From Cereibacter sphaeroides 2.4.1 (GTDB taxonomy: Bacteria > Pseudomonadota > Alphaproteobacteria > Rhodobacterales > Rhodobacteraceae): a DNA stretch of 32,000 bases. Below are positions 1 through 7,309 of this stretch, one piece after another. Both the position numbers and the translations under genes were made by a program. How positions within the stretch are numbered: the stretch's first letter is position 1; every line of letters starts with the position of its first letter. The notes beneath the pieces were generated by a model. The model was not told the origin of the DNA. It made no database searches and saw only the letters and a list, made by a program, of their open reading frames with translations. The stretch is taken from assembly GCF_000012905.2 (NCBI RefSeq), contig NC_007494.2, positions 900,001 through 932,000 of the forward strand, in the 5' to 3' direction.

Positions 1-23
1 AAAAGCAAAGGGATGCGATTATC

Positions 24-368
24 TTGACGACCGAGACGGCGCCAAATTTGCCGGTAATCCAGAGGCTCGGTATCGTCTCGTCAGAACGGGTATTCGGGCT
101 CAACGCCTTCAAGGACATGTTTGTCGCTGTCCGCGACCTCGCCGGCGGAAAGAGCGTCACCTTGGAGAAGGCCTTTCAAGACGCCCGCAGAGATGCACTC
201 GAAGATATCAAAACCAGAGCCTCAGAGCTTGGGGCGGACGCGGTTATAGCGATCTCATTCACGCATTCTCAAATCGCGGCTGGCGCAATTCACAGTTCGA
301 TGGTGATGGTCGTCGCGACCGGAACCGCGGTCACGCTGGCGCCTGCGCCAGCCGCATCTGCGCCCTGA
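24..368 (+). CDS. YbjQ/UPF0145 family (heavy-metal-binding-like) protein with a TTG start
   Basis: 114 aa. It aligns by eye along its length to E. coli YbjQ (LGIVSSERVFG..NAFKD..RDLAGGKS...ELGADAVIAI...MVMVVATGTAV). GC is visibly lower than in the neighbours. The last ~10 codons read antisense into the tail chaperone gene. Confidence 0.7.
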   Translation: MTTETAPNLPVIQRLGIVSSERVFGLNAFKDMFVAVRDLAGGKSVTLEKAFQDARRDALEDIKTRASELGADAVIAISFTHSQIAAGAIHSSMVMVVATGTAVTLAPAPAASAP

Positions 369-1202
369 TGGCCTGAGCCAGCTCGCGCTTCCGGGCGGCC
401 TCTCCGCCGGAGAAGGTCGGCGCCACGCCGTTCTTCTTCCGACCCTCGATCCGGCCTTCGACGTAGGCGGCCGACATGGCGCGGAGCTGGCGCGCCTCCC
501 AGGGCTCGAGGTCGAGGCCTGCCCCGCGGCTGTAGGCCTCGATCTCGGCCCAGGAATGCGGGGCGAGCCCGCCCATCGGGTCGGTCGCGCACCAGCCGAG
601 ACCGTCCTCGGCGGTGAGGCAGGCGATCAGATATTTGCCGGCCTCGATCTCGGGCAGGCCGAGCGGCCGCCGGGCCGCCCGCAGATCTTCCATCCGGGTC
701 CGCTTCGCCGTCTCCGGCGTGGCCTGCAGGAAGCCCGTCTGACGCGCATAGAGCGTCAGTCGGGCGAGCCGTTTCCCAGATAGTTCGCGCGGCTGGTGGC
801 AAAGCCCATGACCTGCTCGACGAAGCTCTTCTCGCCCTCGCGGCCGGTGATCAGGTTGAGGTTCAGGAACCACTCGGCATCGGCCGGGCCGGCGGGCGCC
901 TCGCCGCGGTTCACGTTCCGGAAGCCCGCAACCAGCGGCTTTGCGGCGGCGACGAGGTTCGCATGGACCTCCTCCATGGTCTGGCGCTCGTCGTCGCGGT
1001 CGGTCTTCAGCCGTGCCTTCTGCGCGGCGCGGATCGCGGCTTGGGCGGCGCGGCTCTCGGAGCCGAGCACCAGCACCTCGCAGGGCTTCGCTTCGGCCTC
1101 GTCGGCGAAGAGGAGCCGGCCCGTGGCCGGGTGGCGGAGATGCAGCGGGCGGGCGGTTTCGGCCGCGGTGCGGCTGTCGAACTGGGTGAAGTCCATGTCC
1201 AT
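331..1202 (-). CDS. Tail assembly chaperone frameshift product (gpGT analogue) via -1 ribosomal frameshift at 771-777
   Basis: The zero frame reads CTG GGA AAC (L G N). The -1 frame reads GGG AAA CGG CTC... = GKRLARLTLYARQ, which is the 331..873 ORF. The predicted fusion is ~290 aa (lambda GT is 279 aa). Confidence 0.65.
756..1202 (-). CDS. Phage tail assembly chaperone (lambda gpG analogue)
   Basis: 148-aa ORF immediately downstream of the tail tube gene. It ends shortly after a G_GGA_AAC slippery heptamer, and an overlapping -1 ORF continues from there. Confidence 0.7.
   Translation of the reverse strand: MDMDFTQFDSRTAAETARPLHLRHPATGRLLFADEAEAKPCEVLVLGSESRAAQAAIRAAQKARLKTDRDDERQTMEEVHANLVAAAKPLVAGFRNVNRGEAPAGPADAEWFLNLNLITGREGEKSFVEQVMGFATSRANYLGNGSPD
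771..777 (-). other. Programmed -1 frameshift slippery heptamer G_GGA_AAC
   Basis: The plus strand is gtttccc, so the minus strand is GGGAAAC, in the X_XXY_YYZ register of the G-like ORF. Lambda G/GT uses G_GGA_AAG. Confidence 0.65.
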
Positions 1203-1299
1203 GATCCTTGGGGTTCGGGTTCAGGGGGTGGCCGCCGCCGATGACCCACGCCGGCCGCGGCCGGTCCCGCCCGTCGCCGGGCGGGATCCGGGGGGAGGC

Positions 1300-1770
1300 T
1301 CAGGCCTCCTCGACCGAGGTAAGCTCGGTCTCGATCTCGACGGTCACCGATCCCGAGACGACGCCGTTGGCGGGCGCGCTCTTGGTGAAGCCGAAGACCT
1401 TGCCCTGGAAGTAATCGGCCGCCCCCTCGGTCGAGAGCGGGTCGATCTTCGGGAAGGCGATCTTGAAGGCGATGCGGTTGCGGTTCTTCCGCGCGGCCTC
1501 GAGGATGGCCTGGCCCGCGTCGGTGCTGTTGAAGGCGAGCGGGATCTGCATCGAGCCGTAGTTCACCGCGCCGTGGTATTTCTGCGTGATGCCGGTCGCG
1601 AGCGGCGTGTGGTTCACCACCTCGGCGGAGCCGCCGTATTCGGGCACTTCGGTGACCTCGCCCACCGCGGTCCAGGTGAGGCCCCCGTAGGCCGTTTCGG
1701 TGGCGGCGGCGGGCAGCGCGGTCGAGGCATAGATCAGCGTGCCGATGCCCGGCGTGACGGTATCGTTCAT
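1300..1770 (-). CDS. Major tail (tube) protein
   Basis: 156 aa from the ATG at 1770 (MNDTVTPGIG...). It sits between the U-like gene and the G/GT chaperone. The composition is beta-rich and tube-protein-like. Confidence 0.6.
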   Translation of the reverse strand: MNDTVTPGIGTLIYASTALPAAATETAYGGLTWTAVGEVTEVPEYGGSAEVVNHTPLATGITQKYHGAVNYGSMQIPLAFNSTDAGQAILEAARKNRNRIAFKIAFPKIDPLSTEGAADYFQGKVFGFTKSAPANGVVSGSVTVEIETELTSVEEA

Positions 1771-1881
1771 GGTGTTGCCCTTTCGGCAGGGGGCCGCGGC
1801 CCGCGGTGCGGGGTGCCTGAGGCCCGGTTGCAATGGATCGCCCGCTCTTCGGCCGAGGCCAGCCCGCGGACCGGGGCAAGG

Positions 1882-2304
1882 TCAGGGCGCGGGCCGAGGG
1901 ATCGGCCTGCGCCAGACGATGCGGAAGCTCGAGATCAGCGTGCCTACGGCCTGCTCGCCTTCCGTGTTGAGCGTGACCGTCACCTCCTCGGGCAGGCAGA
2001 CGATGGCCGCCTGCTGGAACGCCCGGCAGATGGCGCCCTCGACGGCATCGGCATCCGCGTCGAGGAGATCCTCGAGATCGTCTCGGCCGAGCCGCTTCAC
2101 GCCCACCTGCAGGACGGTCGCGCGCTCGAAGGCGGAGAGCGTGGCCTGGGTCGCCCGCTCGACCGGCGTCACCACCATCAGGAGCGGCAGGCGGTCGGCA
2201 TTCGGCCGGGCTTCCCAGGCGGAGATCTGCGAGAAGCTGCCCATGCGCGGATCGGCGGCGAGCGCCGCGCGGGCGATCTGACGGAAGCGGATGCGCCCGG
2301 TCAT
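1882..2304 (-). CDS. Tail terminator / tail completion protein (lambda gpU-like by position and weak pattern)
   Basis: 140 aa. ATGA overlap with the upstream FII-like gene. It lies just upstream of the tube gene. Confidence 0.45.
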   Translation of the reverse strand: MTGRIRFRQIARAALAADPRMGSFSQISAWEARPNADRLPLLMVVTPVERATQATLSAFERATVLQVGVKRLGRDDLEDLLDADADAVEGAICRAFQQAAIVCLPEEVTVTLNTEGEQAVGTLISSFRIVWRRPIPRPAP

Positions 2305-2627
2305 GGCGCGGCCTTCCGCAGGGTGCAGCGCGTGAGCGCGTCCGCCGCCGGGGTCGCGGGCGGCCAGATCTCGTCCACCTCATAGACCCGGCCGTCGGCC
2401 AGCCGGATCCGGTCCCGCCGCGCGAGCTCGGGGACCAGATCGCGGCGCACCCGCCAGGTGGGCGCCATGACGAGCACGATCCGGCCCTCGGGATCCTCGG
2501 CCTCGACCTGCTCCTCGCGGAAGATCGAGGGCACGTCGCGCGCGGGCCCGCCCTGCGGCAGGTAGCTCACGGGCGCGCCGAAGAGGGCGGTCAGGGTCGC
2601 GCCCATGCCCTCGAGGGGGACGGACAT
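2301..2627 (-). CDS. Head-tail joining protein (lambda gpFII-like)
   Basis: 108 aa. The pattern LFGAPVSY..GG....IF.....D..G..V....P...V....VP.L.R.D.I......Y.V resembles gpFII. It follows the major capsid gene. Confidence 0.55.
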   Translation of the reverse strand: MSVPLEGMGATLTALFGAPVSYLPQGGPARDVPSIFREEQVEAEDPEGRIVLVMAPTWRVRRDLVPELARRDRIRLADGRVYEVDEIWPPATPAADALTRCTLRKAAP

Positions 2628-2637
2628 GGCGGCCGCC

Positions 2638-3660
2638 TCAGTTCGAGGTCAGGATCCGCACCGCGAGACGCGGGCGCTTGTTGACCGGCAGGATGTTGGC
2701 CTCGGTCATGAGATCGATCCAGCGGCCCTTCGGATCGAGGAGCTGGCGGGCATAGATCGGCTGGCCGATCGTGTTGACGGCTTCCAGAAGATCGGCCGGG
2801 GCGCCGTAGGTGCGGAACGTGTCCATCGTGCCGAGCGGGAAGGCCGTGCCCTCCTGTGCCGGCACCAGCCGCTCGGAGGCCCCGCCTGCGAGGGTGACCG
2901 AGCCCACATATTCCTCGAAGAGGAGGCCCGCGAAGGGAAAGCTCCGCCGCACGTCCTGCCGCAGCGGCTGCGCCCCGCTCGAGGCGTAGTATTTGTAGGC
3001 CTCCTCGACCTTCGGATGGCCGATCAGCTTGTCGAAGAACTCGGGGCTCACGAGGGCGGTGACGCCGGTCATGGACTCGCCCTTGAGCTCCTCCTCGACC
3101 GCCCGCAGCACCTCGCGGCACTTGGCCTGGACGTTCGTCCCCGCGGTGCCGAGGAGGAAGTCCACCGAGATCCGCGCCAGCCCGAACTCGGCGAAGTAGT
3201 CGTAGAGCGTGAGACCGGCCCCGTCCTTCACCACCCCGCGGAGCGCGTTCATCTCCATATATTCCCGGGTCGCCGCGTGCTTGCGGCGCATGAGCGCGAG
3301 CTTGCGCGTCATGACCTCGGCCAGAGGATCGGCCTGCCCGGTCGACCCCAGCGCGGGCTGGCCCTGCACATCGGCCGCGGTGATCACGTCGTCATGCGGA
3401 ATGTGGGGCAGCGCGAAGGAGCGCATCGAGCGGCGCTCGCGGCCGCCCACCGTCGCGGGCCCGCCCCAGGGCTGGGACGGCAGCAGCGAGAGCACGCCCT
3501 CGGCCTGCTCGATGATCACGCTGCGCTGGGTCACCCCCTCGAACTGGAAGAGGCCCATCTGGCCGAGGCGGGTGTAGAGGTTCGGCAGGATGTTGATGGC
3601 CTGGGTCATCTCGGCCAGCGAATAGCCGCCGGCGTCGAACGGATTGCGGGTGATCGTCAT
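2638..3660 (-). CDS. Major capsid protein, lambda gpE family
   Basis: 340 aa. The N-terminus MTITRNPFDAGGYSLAEMTQAINILPN.Y.RLGQMGLF is characteristic of Phage_cap_E proteins. It follows the gpD-like gene. Confidence 0.9.
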   Translation of the reverse strand: MTITRNPFDAGGYSLAEMTQAINILPNLYTRLGQMGLFQFEGVTQRSVIIEQAEGVLSLLPSQPWGGPATVGGRERRSMRSFALPHIPHDDVITAADVQGQPALGSTGQADPLAEVMTRKLALMRRKHAATREYMEMNALRGVVKDGAGLTLYDYFAEFGLARISVDFLLGTAGTNVQAKCREVLRAVEEELKGESMTGVTALVSPEFFDKLIGHPKVEEAYKYYASSGAQPLRQDVRRSFPFAGLLFEEYVGSVTLAGGASERLVPAQEGTAFPLGTMDTFRTYGAPADLLEAVNTIGQPIYARQLLDPKGRWIDLMTEANILPVNKRPRLAVRILTSN

Positions 3661-3741
3661 GATCGGGCTCCTTCAGGAACGGGGATCGGCGCCGGGCGGG
3701 TCGCCGGGGAGAATGGATGGGACGGGACGGATGGCGGGGGC

Positions 3742-4131
3742 TCAGGCCGTTTCGCGCACGACGAGGCCGAGATCGGTGAGCTCGGCGATCCGGCCGGCCC
3801 GCTGGCTCTCGTCCCCGAGGCTCGGGTCGAAGACCAGCTCCGCGCGGGAGAGGATCGCGGGGCCACGGCGGAGGACGGTGCCGCGGCGTTCTCCCTCCGT
3901 CGCATCGACCGGCTCAAGGAGGACGGCCGCGGCCGCGGTCTCGCCGGTCTCCGCCTCGTCCGCGGCGAAGGCGAACCGGCCGGCGTCGGGGCCGGTGGCG
4001 ACGAGGCCCAGGACGGCGCCCAGCGGATAGGCGGTGCCGGCCCGCAGCGTGACCGTCTCGCGGGTGAAGTTCGGCTCGAGCTCGTACTTCACGAGATCGC
4101 CGAGGCTCGGCGGCTTGATCAGGGGTGCCAT
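3742..4131 (-). CDS. Head decoration protein (lambda gpD-like)
   Basis: 129 aa from the ATG at 4131 (MAPLIKPPSLGDLVKYE...). Size and position between the protease/scaffold and capsid genes fit. An AAAGGA ribosome-binding site lies upstream. Confidence 0.7.
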   Translation of the reverse strand: MAPLIKPPSLGDLVKYELEPNFTRETVTLRAGTAYPLGAVLGLVATGPDAGRFAFAADEAETGETAAAAVLLEPVDATEGERRGTVLRRGPAILSRAELVFDPSLGDESQRAGRIAELTDLGLVVRETA

Positions 4132-4266
4132 GGTCGGGGGTCCTTTCGGGGGTGAGGGCGTGCGGAAGCGCCCGCGGTCCATGGGGAGGCGGGGGCTTCG
4201 GAACGATGCGGGCGGATGAGCGTGCGTGCGGGGAGCGGTCTAGCCCCCCGTCTCACAGCCGCCGGG

Positions 4267-4641
4267 TCAGGCCCGGCGGCTGGCGGCCTGCGCTTCGGCG
4301 GTGCGGCGCGCGGCGGCGAGGAGCGGGCTTTCCTTCGGCCCGGCGGCAGCAGTCGGGGCGTGGGCCACGAGGTCGGCCCCGTCGCCCCGGGCTGCCAGCC
4401 CGTCGAGCACGGTGCGGCGGAGGGCAGCGGCCGAGAGGCCGCGGCGCATCGCGTCGGCCACATCGACGGCCAGGCCGAGCCGGGCCGCCTGCTGGCCGAT
4501 CTCGATCAGTTCGGCGGCCTCGGCCACGGCGACATTCGCGGCCGGCGCGCCGCCGCCGGATCCTTCCGCGGTCTCCATTGGGGGCGCGCTGCCCTCTGCG
4601 GCCGTACCTCGCGCGGCGCCGGTCGTGGTCTCATCGGTCAT
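4267..4641 (-). CDS. Nested in-frame scaffolding protein (lambda Nu3 analogue)
   Basis: In-frame internal ATG at 4641, preceded by AAGGAGA with an 8-nt spacer inside the protease gene. The 124-aa Ala/Glu-rich C-terminal product parallels lambda C/Nu3. Confidence 0.5.
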   Translation of the reverse strand: MTDETTTGAARGTAAEGSAPPMETAEGSGGGAPAANVAVAEAAELIEIGQQAARLGLAVDVADAMRRGLSAAALRRTVLDGLAARGDGADLVAHAPTAAAGPKESPLLAAARRTAEAQAASRRA

Positions 4642-5613
4642 GGTCGGGGTCTCCTTGGCTGCGGCCGGCGTGCCGGCCCGGGGGGATGTAAGGTGCGGAT
4701 CGAACAGTTCGGCGCGGAAGGCGGCGAAGGCCCTCCGGAGATCGGAGACCTCGTCGGCGAGACCCGCGGCCACCGCGGCGGCACCGTCGAGGACCTGCGC
4801 CTCGGTGGCGAGCGCCTGCTGTCGGCTGAGCCGCGCGCCGCGGCCCGCCGCGACCGTCTCGGCGAAGAGCGCGCGGGAGGCTTCGACGCGGGCCTGCAGG
4901 TCGGCGCGCACCCCCTCGGGCAGGGCCTCGTAGGGATTGCCGTCGACCTTGTGCCGCCCGGCATGGATCAGCGTGACCGCGACACCGCGGTCGGCCATGG
5001 CCTGCGAGAAGTCGGCATGCACGAGGAGCACGCCAATGCTGCCCACGGCGCCGGTGCGCGGCAGCACGATCCGCTCGGCCTGGCTTGCAATCGCATAGGC
5101 CGCCGACAGGGCCGCCTCGGCCACGAAGGCGCGCACCGGCTTCACCGCCCGCGCGGCCCGGATCGCGTCGGCCAGATCGAAGAGCCCCGCCACCTCGCCG
5201 CCATAACTGTCGATCTCGAGCGCGATGCCGCGCACGGACGGATCGGCCACGGCCGCGGAGATCTGCGCCATCAGCCCCTCGTAGGAGGTCGTCCCCGAGG
5301 ACTGGCCGATCCAGCCGCCACGGTGAACGAGCGTGCCGGTGACTTCGATCACCGCGACGCCGCCCTCCACAAGGTAGAGCGGCCGGCCCGCCTCCCGCCG
5401 GGCGTCGCCCGCATCGTCGAGGAGCACCGAGGCGCGCGGCGCGATCCGCCCGGCCTCGGCCACGCGGTCGGGCGCGAGCTCCTCGAGCCCGCGCAGCTCG
5501 AGCGCCCCGTTCACGAGCCGGGGGCCGAGGCCCGCGAGGAAGGCCGCGCCTTTCACGGGATCGACCAGCAGCGGCGTGCCGAACACCCGGCCCGCGATCA
5601 TCGGATAGTTCAT
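4267..5613 (-). CDS. Head maturation protease, S49/SppA family (lambda gpC-like)
   Basis: 448 aa. It has ClpP/SppA-like blocks (IALEIDSYGGEVAG, AFVAEAALSAAYAIAS, GSIGV). ATGA overlap with the portal gene. Confidence 0.9.
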   Translation of the reverse strand: MNYPMIAGRVFGTPLLVDPVKGAAFLAGLGPRLVNGALELRGLEELAPDRVAEAGRIAPRASVLLDDAGDARREAGRPLYLVEGGVAVIEVTGTLVHRGGWIGQSSGTTSYEGLMAQISAAVADPSVRGIALEIDSYGGEVAGLFDLADAIRAARAVKPVRAFVAEAALSAAYAIASQAERIVLPRTGAVGSIGVLLVHADFSQAMADRGVAVTLIHAGRHKVDGNPYEALPEGVRADLQARVEASRALFAETVAAGRGARLSRQQALATEAQVLDGAAAVAAGLADEVSDLRRAFAAFRAELFDPHLTSPRAGTPAAAKETPTMTDETTTGAARGTAAEGSAPPMETAEGSGGGAPAANVAVAEAAELIEIGQQAARLGLAVDVADAMRRGLSAAALRRTVLDGLAARGDGADLVAHAPTAAAGPKESPLLAAARRTAEAQAASRRA

Positions 5614-7103
5614 GGCTCTGCCCTCCTGCCGGCGTCGCGGTCCGCCGCGCGTCCGTCGTCGTCCTCATCGTCCTCCTCGTCGGCGCGCGCCCCGTCTTGC
5701 GTCGCAGGCGCGGAAGGCCCCTGCGCGCTGCGGCGGAAGTCGAGCCCGAGCCGCCCCTCGCGCTTCCGGTCGGCGGCGATCTGGCGATCGACCTCCTCGG
5801 CGTCGTAGCCGCGCTCCCCGATCGCCTGCGACCGGCTCTTGAGGCCCGCGCCGATCTCCTCGATCTCGGCGCGGATGTCCTTCAGCGGATCGACCCATTG
5901 CCACTTCGGCGGCAGCCACTCGCAGGCGAGATAGTCCCGCCGCCGCCGCTCATAGCCCGGCAGCCCCACCGCTCCGGTCAGCACCGCGAGATCGGTGAAG
6001 CGCGCCCAGACCGGGCGGCAGAGCTGATAGACGAGGACCGAATGCTGGAAGGCCTCCACCCGGCGGCGGAACTCCATGAGCGCGGTGCGGGCATTCGAGT
6101 AGTTCGCCTTCACCATGTCCTGCGACAGGTGAGCATAGGGGATGCCGAGGGCGGCCGAGACCTGCAGGAGCGTGCGGTACTGGAAGGGCTCGTAGGTCGC
6201 GCCCGAATCCGCGGGATCGGCCACCTTCATGTCCTCGCCCGGGTCGAGACGCACGATCTGCCCCGGCGCCACCTGATCGCCCAGCTCGCCCTCGAGCGGC
6301 GCCGCATCCGGATCGTTCGAGGTGATGAACATCGCATACATGGCCGCGACCTTCTTCCGGTCGAGTTCGGCATCGTCGTACTGATCGAGCAGGAAGAGCT
6401 TCACGATGGCGGGTGCGAAGCGCGAGACGCCGCGGAGCTGCCCGCTCTCGACCGGATCGACGATGTGGAGCACATCCTCGGCCGGCACGCGCACCGTCTC
6501 GCCCGCAAGCCCCGGCTCGGTCGGATCGCCCGGATGGCGGCGATGGAAGTGATAGGCCACCCGCCGGCCCACCGCATCGAACTCGATCCCCTGCCGGATC
6601 GCGCGCCCGCCGCCCAGCACCTCGGTCCTGCCGATCGGCAGCATCTCGGAGGGCAGGCACTGAAGCTGGAGCGGCACCGTGAGCCCGTCGCCGGGCCGCC
6701 GCGCGCGCAGGCGCACGAAGCATTCGCCGGTGAGGAAGAACTCGCGCGCGATGCGGCGCTGCAGGCCGTAGAAATCGGTCACGCCCTCGGCGTCGGCCTC
6801 GTCGGTCCAGTCCTGCCAGAGCCGCTGGAGGGCGGCCTTCCGCGCCGGCGCCGCGATGAGCGAGGAGGGTTTCACCCCGGTGCCGACCGTGTTCGCGGCC
6901 CAGCTGTCGAGCGCGCCCTGGGCATAGCCGTTGTTGCGCACGAGGTAGCGCGCGCGGGCGTTCATGTCGGGCCCGGCCGCGGCGAGAAGCGCGTTCACAT
7001 GCGCCCGCGCGGGACGGAAGCCGCGCAGGCGCCGGTTGGCGAGACCCGCGTCGAACCCGCCGACCCAGGCGCCGAGCCGGCGCAGGAAGGGGCCCGCCAT
7101 CAC
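5610..7103 (-). CDS. Portal protein, lambda gpB family
   Basis: 497 aa. The N-terminal region (ARYLVRNNGYAQGALDSWAANTVGTG.KP) is typical of Phage_portal_2. It lies between the gpW-like and protease genes. Confidence 0.9.
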   Translation of the reverse strand: MMAGPFLRRLGAWVGGFDAGLANRRLRGFRPARAHVNALLAAAGPDMNARARYLVRNNGYAQGALDSWAANTVGTGVKPSSLIAAPARKAALQRLWQDWTDEADAEGVTDFYGLQRRIAREFFLTGECFVRLRARRPGDGLTVPLQLQCLPSEMLPIGRTEVLGGGRAIRQGIEFDAVGRRVAYHFHRRHPGDPTEPGLAGETVRVPAEDVLHIVDPVESGQLRGVSRFAPAIVKLFLLDQYDDAELDRKKVAAMYAMFITSNDPDAAPLEGELGDQVAPGQIVRLDPGEDMKVADPADSGATYEPFQYRTLLQVSAALGIPYAHLSQDMVKANYSNARTALMEFRRRVEAFQHSVLVYQLCRPVWARFTDLAVLTGAVGLPGYERRRRDYLACEWLPPKWQWVDPLKDIRAEIEEIGAGLKSRSQAIGERGYDAEEVDRQIAADRKREGRLGLDFRRSAQGPSAPATQDGARADEEDDEDDDGRAADRDAGRRAEP

Positions 7104-7309
7104 AGGTCCTTCACCGCATAGGGCCGGATCACCCGGCGCGCCGTCTTCCGCGCCTTCGCGATGCGCCGTTCGAGATCGGCGATGGCCCGCGCGAGATCGG
7201 CATCGCTCTGATACTCCACCCGTTCGGACCCGACCGAGCCCGACCGCACGCCCCGGTGGCGGATGTCGAGCAGCCCCGTGAGCCGCCGCTCCATATCGTC
7301 GAGCGTCAT
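7100..7309 (-). CDS. Head-to-tail joining protein gpW-like
   Basis: 69 aa from the ATG at 7309 (MTLDDMERRLTGLLDIRHRG...VEYQSDADLARAIADLERRI). ATGA overlaps with both the terminase and portal genes. The longer 230-aa ORF is an upstream extension. Confidence 0.7.
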   Translation of the reverse strand: MTLDDMERRLTGLLDIRHRGVRSGSVGSERVEYQSDADLARAIADLERRIAKARKTARRVIRPYAVKDL

